From a virus: DNA of 64,000 bases. The notes under the pieces are model-generated. The model was not told the origin of the DNA, did no database searches, and saw nothing but the letters and a program-made list of their open reading frames with translations. Position numbers and translations under genes: made by a program. Where the stretch lies: UHGV virus genome UHGV-1352914. The stretch is one strand, 5' to 3'. Shown piece after piece: positions 48,418-57,047 of the stretch. Within the stretch, counting starts at the first letter, position 1. Each line of letters begins with the position of its first letter.

Positions 48418-48458
48418 TTGACCTTCGGGGGCATGGGAGATATACTTCTCCTATGCCC
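48418..48458 (+). promoter_or_regulatory. promoter TTGACC-N17-TATACT with -10 in hairpin loop; doubles as terminator-like structure after giant gene
   Basis: IR GGGCATGGGAGA 48429-48440 / TCTCCTATGCCC 48447-48458 then TCTTTTCG. Confidence 0.45.
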
Positions 48459-49058
48459 TCTTTTCGTATAGTCCCCAATCATGTTATGGTCACCCCTCCG
48501 GGTGGCTGGAAGTTTGTTGTCCCTGAATCCATGAGTGTCAGGCTCAAGGGAACCAAGGTTTCCGCGGGTTCACTGGAACAACTTCGCAAATCCGTTGCCC
48601 GTCTCTTCATGAATAATGGAGAACCCTTTCAGGTTGCGCTCTTTGAATCAGAACTCTGTTCCTCTCTTCCTCCCCAATACTGTACTACCTGCGGGGATAA
48701 GGGGATTGAATGGAGGGAGTATGAACCCATGAGTGCCAAGAAGATACTGGCCTTCTTTAGTACTATGGTTCTCTGGTATCGACGGGGGCACAGATTTGTA
48801 GACGAGGCAGAAGCCCGCCGCCGCTATGCTATCTGTTCCTCCTGTCCTTATGCTACCTCTACGCCCCCCCCGGATTTAGAGAAGCAAGGGTGCGCCACAT
48901 GTGGAGCCGAAGGAGCTGGCCGCAAATTCCTCAAGGAAAAAATTTCCGGGCAAGCTGACCTGACCAACGGGGAGGCTCCTCTCTATTGTACCTTATGCGG
49001 TTGCGACCTATCAGTAAAGGCTCACTTCGATATTGAATCTGACTGCTGGCTAAAATAG
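48453..49058 (+). CDS. Cys-rich putative zinc-binding protein
   Basis: 201 aa; CTTCGDKG, CSSCPY, CATCGAEG, CTLCGCD pairs; ATG is 7 nt after promoter -10 and inside the hairpin arm. Confidence 0.45.
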   Translation: MPSFRIVPNHVMVTPPGGWKFVVPESMSVRLKGTKVSAGSLEQLRKSVARLFMNNGEPFQVALFESELCSSLPPQYCTTCGDKGIEWREYEPMSAKKILAFFSTMVLWYRRGHRFVDEAEARRRYAICSSCPYATSTPPPDLEKQGCATCGAEGAGRKFLKEKISGQADLTNGEAPLYCTLCGCDLSVKAHFDIESDCWLK

Positions 49059-49061
49059 CTC

Positions 49062-49090
49062 TTGACATTATTTCAAGTTGGTACATACTT
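49062..49090 (+). promoter_or_regulatory. putative promoter (TTGACA 49062-49067)
   Basis: -10 uncertain (TACATA with 14-nt spacer). Confidence 0.3.
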
Positions 49091-49098
49091 CCCTCCGT

Positions 49099-49461
49099 AT
49101 GAAGAACCAAACCTTCACCGCAGAAGAAGCCAACAAGCTCCCCCTCCACCGGGGTTGCTCCGCATATATTATCATACACAGTGGCGGCATGCCGACTGTC
49201 AGGTGCGTTGAGGTAAACAATGTCATCTACGAGGTCTTTACCCAGACTGTGCGGGTGGAATATATAAACCACCATTTCCGTATCATGGATTCCGGTCTCC
49301 TTAATTTTGAGGTCTTCCTCACCTACAAGGATGCGGCCAAGCGTGCATGCAGGGATTACGAGCGGGCTATTGAAGAAGCCGAAAGGGAACTCGCTAAGCG
49401 CAAGAAAAAGTTGGAAGAGCTACGCGCTGGTTTCAATACTGATGTTATCCCTGTCAAATAA
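49099..49461 (+). CDS. hypothetical protein
   Basis: ORF-track start 49078 is TTG; first ATG 49099 (MKNQTF); coiled-coil C-terminus; last gene of rightward block. Confidence 0.4.
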   Translation: MKNQTFTAEEANKLPLHRGCSAYIIIHSGGMPTVRCVEVNNVIYEVFTQTVRVEYINHHFRIMDSGLLNFEVFLTYKDAAKRACRDYERAIEEAERELAKRKKKLEELRAGFNTDVIPVK

Positions 49462-49464
49462 GTA

Positions 49465-49494
49465 TTGACAAGGGTACTGGTCTCATGGTATAAA
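49465..49494 (+). promoter_or_regulatory. orphan sigma70-type promoter TTGACA-N18-TATAAA with no downstream ORF
   Basis: -35 49465-49470, -10 49489-49494; next element is terminator 49553-49584. Confidence 0.4.
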
Positions 49495-49496
49495 GA

Positions 49497-49584
49497 ACCC
49501 GCAACGACATCATTCTGTTTGGACTGTAAGTTGTTTGGGTTCTAAGCGAAAACCCCGGAAGAGAATTCCTTCCGGGGTTTTTGT
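49497..49584 (+). ncRNA. candidate ~85-nt small RNA between convergent gene blocks
   Basis: predicted TSS ~49500 from orphan promoter; GAACCC...GGGTTC stem then terminator hairpin; no ORF. Confidence 0.25.
49553..49584. terminator. bidirectional rho-independent terminator at convergence point
   Basis: CCCCGGAAG-AGAATTC-CTTCCGGGG flanked by AAAA upstream and TTTTTG downstream. Confidence 0.65.
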
Positions 49585-49585
49585 A

Positions 49586-50092
49586 TTACTTCTGTTTCGC
49601 TTCAAGAGATTCTATTAGCAGGGTAATCTCGCCGATACATCGTTGCAATTCCGATGCCGGGTTTACCTCCACCAGCTTATCATGTGCCCAGATATAGAAG
49701 AGCCGTACCAGAATGGAATCTTCGGGGCTACGTTGGTAGCTATGGCTCATGACTGTACGCCTGAACTGTTCAAGGATAAGGTAAAGGTCAAACGTTTCGA
49801 ACACCTTGGACCAGTGTTTGGCGTGGTATTCGAGATACCACCTCGCCTTCTTGAGGTCTTCAATACGGTTCTTCTTGTACTGTGACCGCATCAAATACTT
49901 GACGGCGTTCCCTAACGCGAAGGGAAGCTTGCCAGTAATTTCTATGGTCTCGATTCCGCTGGGGTGGGAGGTGTAATGCTTCGGGTGGTTGACGGCATCG
50001 TTCATGGATTCCTTTCCTTCCGGCAGGTCGGGGAAAGCCTGTGAGTTTACCTTGGTTGAAACGATTGCGTTGATTGCTTCGTGAGCGTGCAT
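49586..50092 (-). CDS. DUF3310-like phage protein (tentative)
   Basis: 168 aa; HPKHY and GNAVKYLMR motifs as I recall them for DUF3310; stop abuts bidirectional terminator. Confidence 0.4.
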   Translation of the reverse strand: MHAHEAINAIVSTKVNSQAFPDLPEGKESMNDAVNHPKHYTSHPSGIETIEITGKLPFALGNAVKYLMRSQYKKNRIEDLKKARWYLEYHAKHWSKVFETFDLYLILEQFRRTVMSHSYQRSPEDSILVRLFYIWAHDKLVEVNPASELQRCIGEITLLIESLEAKQK

Positions 50093-50093
50093 G

Positions 50094-50699
50094 TTATTTG
50101 GTGAGGTGCTTGTAAATTTGTTTGTTGATATATTTGCGAATAGACATCTTGGCTATGACGAAGAGGTGGGGAGAGGGTAGAGTTAAACATCCTTCTTTGA
50201 CTGTCCACTTCCTTGTAATTCTCCGTGCGAACTTGTACGCCTTCCTGCATATTTCCAGAGCCGCAGAGGAACTTCCAACAAGAGCCACAGGAACTCTACT
50301 GTTGATGAAATAGCCATGAAATTTGAACTGGAAGAAAAAGGAGTTGTCCCCCTTAATCCAGCTAGGGGTTTCATTTGGGGTAGTTTCTCCAACTGAACGT
50401 GTGGATATTTTACTGGACGCAAGGATGCGACCATAGGTTAGTTGTTCCTCGGTCAGTTGTTTATTCGACCGGAGAGAGGCATGGATAAGTTGCTTATGTT
50501 CAGGCATGAAGCGAGACCGAAACTTGTTAGCTCTTACCTCCATCAAGAACTTCCTTTGCTTCGCGGGGCTATCTCGATACCAGTAAAATTTGTCTCCGTA
50601 TTTCTTGCACTTGAACTTTCCTCTTCGACGCTTCCCATGAGGGTGTTTCATGTTGGCCGCCATCTGTTCCCGATACTTCTTGAGACTTATTTTTCCCAT
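50094..50699 (-). CDS. hypothetical basic protein
   Basis: 201 aa, Lys/Arg-rich N-terminus. Confidence 0.4.
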   Translation of the reverse strand: MGKISLKKYREQMAANMKHPHGKRRRGKFKCKKYGDKFYWYRDSPAKQRKFLMEVRANKFRSRFMPEHKQLIHASLRSNKQLTEEQLTYGRILASSKISTRSVGETTPNETPSWIKGDNSFFFQFKFHGYFINSRVPVALVGSSSAALEICRKAYKFARRITRKWTVKEGCLTLPSPHLFVIAKMSIRKYINKQIYKHLTK

Positions 50700-51358
50700 A
50701 GTTCTGGAACGAAATGGATTCGGTTAGTATCAACTGGGATGTCCTTGAATGCCCATGCGAGGCCATACTTCAATTCCATCCTCTGGCGCAGGGCCAGAAG
50801 GAGCGCACGGATTTGCGGCTGGGCCGCGCCGTCCAATCGCATACGGAAGATGTGCCTCCACTCGCGGAGGTTAGCAGTCACTCCAATGCATGTGGCCGTG
50901 CAGTTCGGAAGCAACCCCCGCGCCTCTTCGGGAGGCAGTCCTCCTTGGATAAGTTCCACGTACTTCTCCGCAAGGTTCTGGCAGGTATCCTTATACTCTT
51001 CAATGGTCTTCGGGTCAACCTTCTCGTCGCTAAAGAACTGCGGACGGATGAAGCAAATGGTTCCCTTCCGGGAGTAGTTGACGTACCGCTGGCTCTCCAT
51101 GCTGACGCTCATGTGTCTGTGTCGGACAAGCTGATGCGTCACCGCTCTATCCGTCGAGAAGACTGCTGGGATGTTGATGTGCTCGATGACACTCTCATGC
51201 CCGCGATTAATGATACGGGAGAGAAACGCAATGGGGTCACCCTTCGGTTCGCTTTTATAGCAGATACGACCCATTATCTCTGCGGCCTCCACCTGCTTAT
51301 CTATTTCCGATTTAGTTAGCGGAAGAATGACTTCTTGATTTGTCCAAAGAACGTTCAT
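50687..51358 (-). CDS. thyX: flavin-dependent thymidylate synthase
   Basis: 223 aa; ThyX signature RHRxxxxxxxS present as LVRHRHMSVSMESQRY. Confidence 0.75.
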   Translation of the reverse strand: MNVLWTNQEVILPLTKSEIDKQVEAAEIMGRICYKSEPKGDPIAFLSRIINRGHESVIEHINIPAVFSTDRAVTHQLVRHRHMSVSMESQRYVNYSRKGTICFIRPQFFSDEKVDPKTIEEYKDTCQNLAEKYVELIQGGLPPEEARGLLPNCTATCIGVTANLREWRHIFRMRLDGAAQPQIRALLLALRQRMELKYGLAWAFKDIPVDTNRIHFVPELWEK

Positions 51359-51632
51359 GAATTAAATGTTTGGCTTCGTAGTTTGCAAGTTCAAGAGTGG
51401 GGAAGGTCCATCCATACTGGCCCCACTCACTGGTGCTGGGGAGGTATTCGTCTCCGGCTTTTACTTTGATAAAATCATTGTCCGCTTTGTGCTGACGGAT
51501 GATGACGACCTCATAATTGTTTACCTTCCCGCTTCCTTTGTGGGTTAGTTCGTATATGGCTACTCCCGCTTCACGGAAAATGAGCCTACATAAGAAGGGG
51601 TTGCGAGTAAATTCAGTCGGAATCTTTTTCAT
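51312..51632 (-). CDS. hypothetical protein
   Basis: 106-aa ORF. Confidence 0.4.
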   Translation of the reverse strand: MKKIPTEFTRNPFLCRLIFREAGVAIYELTHKGSGKVNNYEVVIIRQHKADNDFIKVKAGDEYLPSTSEWGQYGWTFPTLELANYEAKHLIHERSLDKSRSHSSAN

Positions 51633-53610
51633 TTGTGATTGATGGATTAAGCATTTGCATGAATTCTTCTTCTGTGATTGAAGGAATCTTGTGGAGCTTC
51701 GCTATCTTTTGCTTATGTTCTCCGGGTTCCTTACCGACAACTAGATAGTTGGTCTTCCTTGACACGTTCTCCTTGACCGTGCCTCCCATGTCCTGAACGA
51801 GCAGGTTATATACATGGCGAGGCTGGGACAGGATTCCCGTGATGACGAAGTTCACACCCTTTAAGGCCGTGCTCTTTGGTACATTGCCTTCGACATTAGG
51901 GATGTCTCCCGTCATAACCATTGTCGTCATCTCATTCCACGTAGGCACGGTCTCCATGTAGTTCAGAATTGCCTCGGTCATCAGGGGGCCGAACTCCGCA
52001 TGACGCTTGCTCCTTAAATCTTCGGGGAAGAGAGTAAGGAACGTGTAGAGATTGGGGTACATGCGGGAGAGATTTTCCGCACGGGTACTACCGACATGAG
52101 GAATCTCCATTGCAGTAATCCATTGAGCAAGAGACGCATGGTGCTTCCGTTCCTCCACGATTTCAAGGAATCCCCGGTATCCTTGGGTTCCGGGGATTCC
52201 GTTAATGAGATTGTCCATCATGCCGGACATGAGAAGCAGGAACGGGTGATGGAGGTAAGCAGTCTGCGCCGTCGGCGGTTCCACATCAGCCTCTCCCTTG
52301 ATTAGTTTGTCCGCAATCATGCGAGAGAATACGAGGCCCATGCCGTCAATATCCAGTGCGTTCTTTCCGCATGCGTATTCCAGCTTGGCCGCTACCTTAT
52401 CCCTGCACAACGGATTGATGCAGAAGGTGTCGAGGCCACAAGAGTATAGAGTGGAGCCGCAACATGGACAGGTCAGAGGGACAACGGAATCCGTATTGCC
52501 ACAGCCGCGAACCTTGCGGACATAGGGGATAATCTCTCCTGCCTTAACCACCTCCACGGTATCCCCGATATGGAAGGACGCCGCATTGGATGCGTTGGAG
52601 AGGGAGGCACGGGATACATTGGTTCCACCAATCTTCACCGTATCAAATACCGCAACCGGGGTAAGAACTCCGGTTCTGCCTACTTGCCAAATGACATCCC
52701 GGAGGGTAGTCTCTACGCCCTGCGGGTTGAACTTAAAGGCTACCGCGTCCTTCGGGTGATGGGCAGTAGCCTCCCCTGCCGCGGCAATGGCGTTCTTCTG
52801 GTTCAACTTAAACACAATACCATCAGTAGGATAGGCGATGTCGTCACGCAGGTACTTGGCCATGTCCCGGATGCATTCATCCGTCAGGGCTTCGCCTTCT
52901 GGCCATTCATTGGGAAGGGTTACGAGGTCAAACATTTCCATCAGCCATCCATGCAGTTCCATGCGGGATTCAATCCCATCCGGCATGGGGCTTGCATCAA
53001 ACGGGATGAAGGTAATGAGCCAGTCAGACCACTTGAGATTATTATTTCGGAGTTGACCAACGGCACAGGCGCGGAGGTTGGAGTACCCCATGCTTTCCAC
53101 CCGCCCCTCTTCACTCTTAGCTACAACCACTTCCCCACGGATAGCTCCCGTATAGTTCCCATAACTTGGTGGGACCATATAGAGAACCTTATCAAGGGGA
53201 ATGACCTCCCCCTCGGTTCCGTTGCCACGAGTAACGGCACGAACGAGCCGCCCATTTTCGATGTACAGAACGAGGGTAAGGCCATCATACTTCGGTTCAA
53301 CCACGACATCCCTCCCCGCAACCCAGCCTCGAAGCTGGTCCATGCCAATCCCATCCTTGCCCTCATGAATCTTGGCGAGAGACAGGACGGGATTGGGATG
53401 CCGGAAGGTCTTGGCTCCGCATTGTACGTCGTCCCCTAGGCTATCGAGTTCCTTGGATTCCGGGGAACGGGAACGCAGTTCTTCAACCAGCGTATCGTAA
53501 ACCGTGTCGGGGAGAAGGGTTTTCCCTTCGTGGTAGTAGGAGCTATTGAAGATAGCAATCACTTCTTCCAACTCCATCACGCTCGTGTTTTTAGGATTGC
53601 CTATTTCCAT
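51613..53610 (-). CDS. ligA: NAD-dependent DNA ligase
   Basis: 665 aa; adenylation KxDG motif EPKYDGLTLVLYIENGRLVRAVTRGNGTEGE; Zn-finger Cys (CPCCGS...C...C); C-terminal BRCT-like segment (NYLVVGKEPGEHKQKIAKL). Confidence 0.8.
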   Translation of the reverse strand: MEIGNPKNTSVMELEEVIAIFNSSYYHEGKTLLPDTVYDTLVEELRSRSPESKELDSLGDDVQCGAKTFRHPNPVLSLAKIHEGKDGIGMDQLRGWVAGRDVVVEPKYDGLTLVLYIENGRLVRAVTRGNGTEGEVIPLDKVLYMVPPSYGNYTGAIRGEVVVAKSEEGRVESMGYSNLRACAVGQLRNNNLKWSDWLITFIPFDASPMPDGIESRMELHGWLMEMFDLVTLPNEWPEGEALTDECIRDMAKYLRDDIAYPTDGIVFKLNQKNAIAAAGEATAHHPKDAVAFKFNPQGVETTLRDVIWQVGRTGVLTPVAVFDTVKIGGTNVSRASLSNASNAASFHIGDTVEVVKAGEIIPYVRKVRGCGNTDSVVPLTCPCCGSTLYSCGLDTFCINPLCRDKVAAKLEYACGKNALDIDGMGLVFSRMIADKLIKGEADVEPPTAQTAYLHHPFLLLMSGMMDNLINGIPGTQGYRGFLEIVEERKHHASLAQWITAMEIPHVGSTRAENLSRMYPNLYTFLTLFPEDLRSKRHAEFGPLMTEAILNYMETVPTWNEMTTMVMTGDIPNVEGNVPKSTALKGVNFVITGILSQPRHVYNLLVQDMGGTVKENVSRKTNYLVVGKEPGEHKQKIAKLHKIPSITEEEFMQMLNPSITNEKDSD

Positions 53611-53848
53611 TGTCGTCTTCCTTTCTTACTGGAAGAATACCTTCGCTAATCAAATTGTCAAGTTCTTTCTCTACTATCTTGTGACATTCCGAAGGGGGCC
53701 TCAGTACAAATTCCAATATGGTAACATACTCCATCCTTAAGGGAACCGTGTTATGCTCCTGTGCTTTCTTCACTAGGTTCTTACTGATTGTCCGAATAAT
53801 TTTCTGTACAAGTTTACGATATGTTTCCAGTTCGCTAGTCGTTTCCAT
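53591..53848 (-). CDS. hypothetical protein
   Basis: 85 aa; 20-nt overlap with ligA start. Confidence 0.4.
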   Translation of the reverse strand: METTSELETYRKLVQKIIRTISKNLVKKAQEHNTVPLRMEYVTILEFVLRPPSECHKIVEKELDNLISEGILPVRKEDDNGNRQS

Positions 53849-53862
53849 AATTCAAATGTGGT

Positions 53863-54462
53863 TTATGCTTCGTGGGGCAGGATAATTTTACGGGTGTTGG
53901 CTTCCTTTTCTGCGAGTTCGGATTTGTCCACGAAGGTGAGGGTGGAATGTTCCATTAGGCTCATGGATATTACGTTACTTGCCACGGAGAAGAGACGGAA
54001 TGCGGAGATGCCTCCCTTCTCTTCATCGAGGCGGTCCGGGTCATTCTTACTGGCATACGCTACCAAGATGTGAATGGCCATGAAGAGGACGAGGGCCTTA
54101 ATCATGACATGGGAATCGGTAAAGATATTGCATGCCTTGCCGGGGTTCTCAAGCTCCTGCATAAAGGCAATGTATTCCTTTACAGTGACGAGGTTCTTGG
54201 CGACTTCTCCCATGATGAACTGAACACCAGCCAGCGGCGGGGGTTCAATATCAAAGATGTTGGAGGCGTAGTCTCCTAGTTCAATAGCCTTCTCGGCAAC
54301 CGCGTCCGCGGACGCATCAATGGGCAGGTTGAAGGCAGGGACTGCATCCCACTCCCGTTGCAGTCTTTCCTTCAACATGACAGACTTCGGTTCGGCGAGA
54401 ATGCGGGCTACCTCTTCCTGAATAGAATCGAGGCTCAATTTGTTTGGTTCTGTAGTGTCCAT
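53863..54462 (-). CDS. hypothetical protein
   Basis: 199-aa acidic ORF. Confidence 0.4.
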   Translation of the reverse strand: MDTTEPNKLSLDSIQEEVARILAEPKSVMLKERLQREWDAVPAFNLPIDASADAVAEKAIELGDYASNIFDIEPPPLAGVQFIMGEVAKNLVTVKEYIAFMQELENPGKACNIFTDSHVMIKALVLFMAIHILVAYASKNDPDRLDEEKGGISAFRLFSVASNVISMSLMEHSTLTFVDKSELAEKEANTRKIILPHEA

Positions 54463-54484
54463 GTGCGTATAATAGTATTTGGGT

Positions 54485-54709
54485 TTAATTATTTGTCCAC
54501 GAAGATTGTTGCGAAAATTGTGACAGCAGAGAAAGGAGTTCGTCCTTTGCGTCCTCTTCGCTATATTGGGGAGAGGTGGCGAGGTGACAGCTTATGCATT
54601 CCCAATAAGGGGCGGGTCTCCATTCCCGTTCATAGTCGTCATAGTAATAGACGTCATTGCTTAGCCTCATGAGGCTTCCGCACAGAGGGCATTCATATTC
54701 TGGGTCCAT
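54485..54709 (-). CDS. small Zn-ribbon protein
   Basis: 74 aa; CPLCGS...CISCH. Confidence 0.4.
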   Translation of the reverse strand: MDPEYECPLCGSLMRLSNDVYYYDDYEREWRPAPYWECISCHLATSPQYSEEDAKDELLSLLSQFSQQSSWTNN

Positions 54710-54726
54710 ACTTCTTTCTGGATTTA

Positions 54727-55263
54727 TTACTTGTCAAGCTCTGTTTCTTCGTCTCTGTCTATCTCGTTCAGGAGATTGCAGAGGCGTCCCATTTTGATTG
54801 TTCCCTCCCATGAAGGAACGATGTGTAGGGGCTGGTTCTCCTTGAAGTCCCAAAGAACTCCGTCGATAACTTTGAACCGATGATGCAGGTCTATCGGCCT
54901 AATGAGAAGGAGGGAGGAAGTGTTGACTACTTTCGATGCTCCTGTTCTTTCATCCTTAACGCTGATAAGACTGGAATCTGTCTCGTCTTCCGTTACAATC
55001 CATGTACCTTTTCGGTCTTTACAAATCACCACGTCCCCCGTCTTAAACTCCCGAAGAGGTGCGGGGTAACATTTGATTGCCTCTTCATGACGGACAACTC
55101 CCTCACCCGGAGGGAAAGAATTTATGACCTTGTATCTGTAGTGGTGCGGGGAAAGTTCGATTACCTGCCCCACGTAATACTGTTTGTCCAGTTCTCTGAC
55201 AATGTAGTCACCGGGGTCGATAGCCTCGTCGATAAATTTTTGCAAGTCTTTGGGTTCTAACAT
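54727..55263 (-). CDS. hypothetical protein
   Basis: 178-aa ORF. Confidence 0.4.
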   Translation of the reverse strand: MLEPKDLQKFIDEAIDPGDYIVRELDKQYYVGQVIELSPHHYRYKVINSFPPGEGVVRHEEAIKCYPAPLREFKTGDVVICKDRKGTWIVTEDETDSSLISVKDERTGASKVVNTSSLLLIRPIDLHHRFKVIDGVLWDFKENQPLHIVPSWEGTIKMGRLCNLLNEIDRDEETELDK

Positions 55264-55306
55264 ATTCTTGATAGAAGTGGTTATAACTTTTAGGATTTCG
55301 TTTGGG

Positions 55307-55879
55307 TTAAACTCTCAAATTGCATTGGAAGGAACCTTTGTGGAGCGAGAGGATTTCCTCATTGGACAGGGTCCCCATGTTCAGCCGCATGGCGTCGGGA
55401 GCCATCGTCAAAATGGGAGTGCCTTCAATGGACCGGGGGAAGGACATCTTGGTGGCGAGAGCTAGCGAGGGGCGGGCCTTAAACATAGCGTCGTAAAGTG
55501 TTTCGCTATACCTGACGGCAGAATGTCCTCCGAGATAAATTTCGGTAGCATACATGCAATCCTTGCCGCGCTTCTCTTTAGGGTAGTCGAGCCGGAGGAT
55601 GCGCACCGAGTGTTCCACGTATGCCTTCAGGTCATAAAGTGTGCGGATGATGAAGTGGGTGTCGGTCATAGTTACCTTCCCGATTCCAAAGGCTTCAATC
55701 AGGGACTTGGTCCGGGCAGACTGGAGACTATTATCCTCCGGATTCCGTGGAATATAGAGTTCAGCGGGTGTCTTGGAGGGAAGGATAATAGTATCCCAAA
55801 GTTCCCCGGTGCTTCCTCCGTTATTTCTGGTCCAAGAATGAAGGAGCATGAGTTGTTGAGCGAGTGCGAGGGGTTTCAT
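55307..55879 (-). CDS. hypothetical protein
   Basis: 190 aa; preceded by class-II conserved upstream motif (55880-55925). Confidence 0.45.
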   Translation of the reverse strand: MKPLALAQQLMLLHSWTRNNGGSTGELWDTIILPSKTPAELYIPRNPEDNSLQSARTKSLIEAFGIGKVTMTDTHFIIRTLYDLKAYVEHSVRILRLDYPKEKRGKDCMYATEIYLGGHSAVRYSETLYDAMFKARPSLALATKMSFPRSIEGTPILTMAPDAMRLNMGTLSNEEILSLHKGSFQCNLRV

Positions 55880-55925
55880 AATCGTTTGGTTTTTGTAGGG
55901 CTAGGTGTGGATTCTAGATGTTAAG
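55880..55925 (-). promoter_or_regulatory. class-II conserved upstream motif (TCTAGAANCCNCACATAGCCCTACAAA-N-ATG), copy 1 of 5
   Basis: near-identical copies at 56265-56312, 56632-56663, 57018-57047, 57654-57690. Confidence 0.4.
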
Positions 55926-56264
55926 TTTCCAGCGGAGAGTTTGATACCCGGCTTCCGTGGGTTCCGTGGGTGGCTCAAGGTATAAGAAGATTCCTTTACG
56001 ATTGACGACAACGGTTGCGCTATCCGGACTAAAGGCAAGTAGATAGACATGAAGGTATCGGAGGACATCCTCATGGGGGAGCCTATAGGTACGAAGCGGA
56101 TAGTTCTGTTCAATCATCCTTCTAAGCTTAGTAAGCTTCTTTAGTGCCGACTTCCTAAGGACCGCAGTCACCGCAAGGCCTCCAGCACTTCCAGCAAGTT
56201 TTGACAGAGCAAAGTCCGAATCATTATCGGTATCAATTTGTGAGGTGAATAGAGTAATTTCCAT
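55914..56264 (-). CDS. WKLNI-family paralogue A
   Basis: 116 aa; C-terminal ...TLRWKLNI and core YPLRTYRLPH..LRYLHVYL shared with 56293..56631; contains PTEPTE coding CCGTGG repeat. Confidence 0.5.
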   Translation of the reverse strand: MEITLFTSQIDTDNDSDFALSKLAGSAGGLAVTAVLRKSALKKLTKLRRMIEQNYPLRTYRLPHEDVLRYLHVYLLAFSPDSATVVVNRKGIFLYLEPPTEPTEAGYQTLRWKLNI

Positions 56265-56292
56265 AATAATTTTGTAGGGCTATGTGAGGTTT

Positions 56293-56631
56293 CTAGATGT
56301 TAAGTTTCCAATGGAGAGTTGGGTACCCGTCCTCACTGGATTCAAGGTAAAGGAAGATGCCATCACGAGAGATTACAAAGGTCACGTTATCTGGGTCATA
56401 CCTGCACAGATAAATGTATATATCCTTGACAACCGTAAAATAGGGCAACCTATAGGTTCGTACTGGGAAGATGTTTTCTATTGTTTGTTGAAGACAGAGT
56501 AGCATCCGCTTTTTCCGACTGGATATTTTGAAGCTGATTGCAAGGGGGTCCTGCTCTTTTGGCTTATCAGGGTACGGCTTCCCTCCAGTATTGGTTTCTG
56601 CTTGGCTAAGTATTAGGTCAAAATTCTCCAT
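56293..56631 (-). CDS. WKLNI-family paralogue B
   Basis: 112 aa; FPVRTYRLPYF...IYIYLCRYDPDN...TLHWKLNI; same upstream motif. Confidence 0.5.
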   Translation of the reverse strand: MENFDLILSQAETNTGGKPYPDKPKEQDPLAISFKISSRKKRMLLCLQQTIENIFPVRTYRLPYFTVVKDIYIYLCRYDPDNVTFVISRDGIFLYLESSEDGYPTLHWKLNI

Positions 56632-56663
56632 AATAATTTTGTAGGGCTATGTGTGGATTCTAA

Positions 56664-57017
56664 TTAGAAGAGGGGGCGATTGAATCCCATGTCTTCAAGG
56701 CAACGGGCGAGGCGATTTGCTTCCAGCTGATGCCGCTTCAAGCGGCGGCGTATGATATCAATACCCCACTCTACCAGCAACTGGAAGACAAACCAGCCCA
56801 CGATAATGACACACCATGTAAGGTAAGATATGAGGAACTCTCCAGTGGTAAGGAGGTAGCCGAGACATACGAGTGCACTCACGAGGGCGACAATGTCCAC
56901 TACCGAATGAAGATGTTCCACGAGGCTCCACAGGGTGTGAAGCCTATCGGCTCGTCCGATGTGGTGGAGACATTGCTTGCGGAAGATGACGACGTTGGAT
57001 TCTTTTTCGGAGGTCAT
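56664..57017 (-). CDS. small membrane protein
   Basis: 117 aa with two hydrophobic helices; class-II upstream motif. Confidence 0.4.
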   Translation of the reverse strand: MTSEKESNVVIFRKQCLHHIGRADRLHTLWSLVEHLHSVVDIVALVSALVCLGYLLTTGEFLISYLTWCVIIVGWFVFQLLVEWGIDIIRRRLKRHQLEANRLARCLEDMGFNRPLF

Positions 57018-57047
57018 ACTATAGAGCTATGTGAGAGTTCTAGGGGT

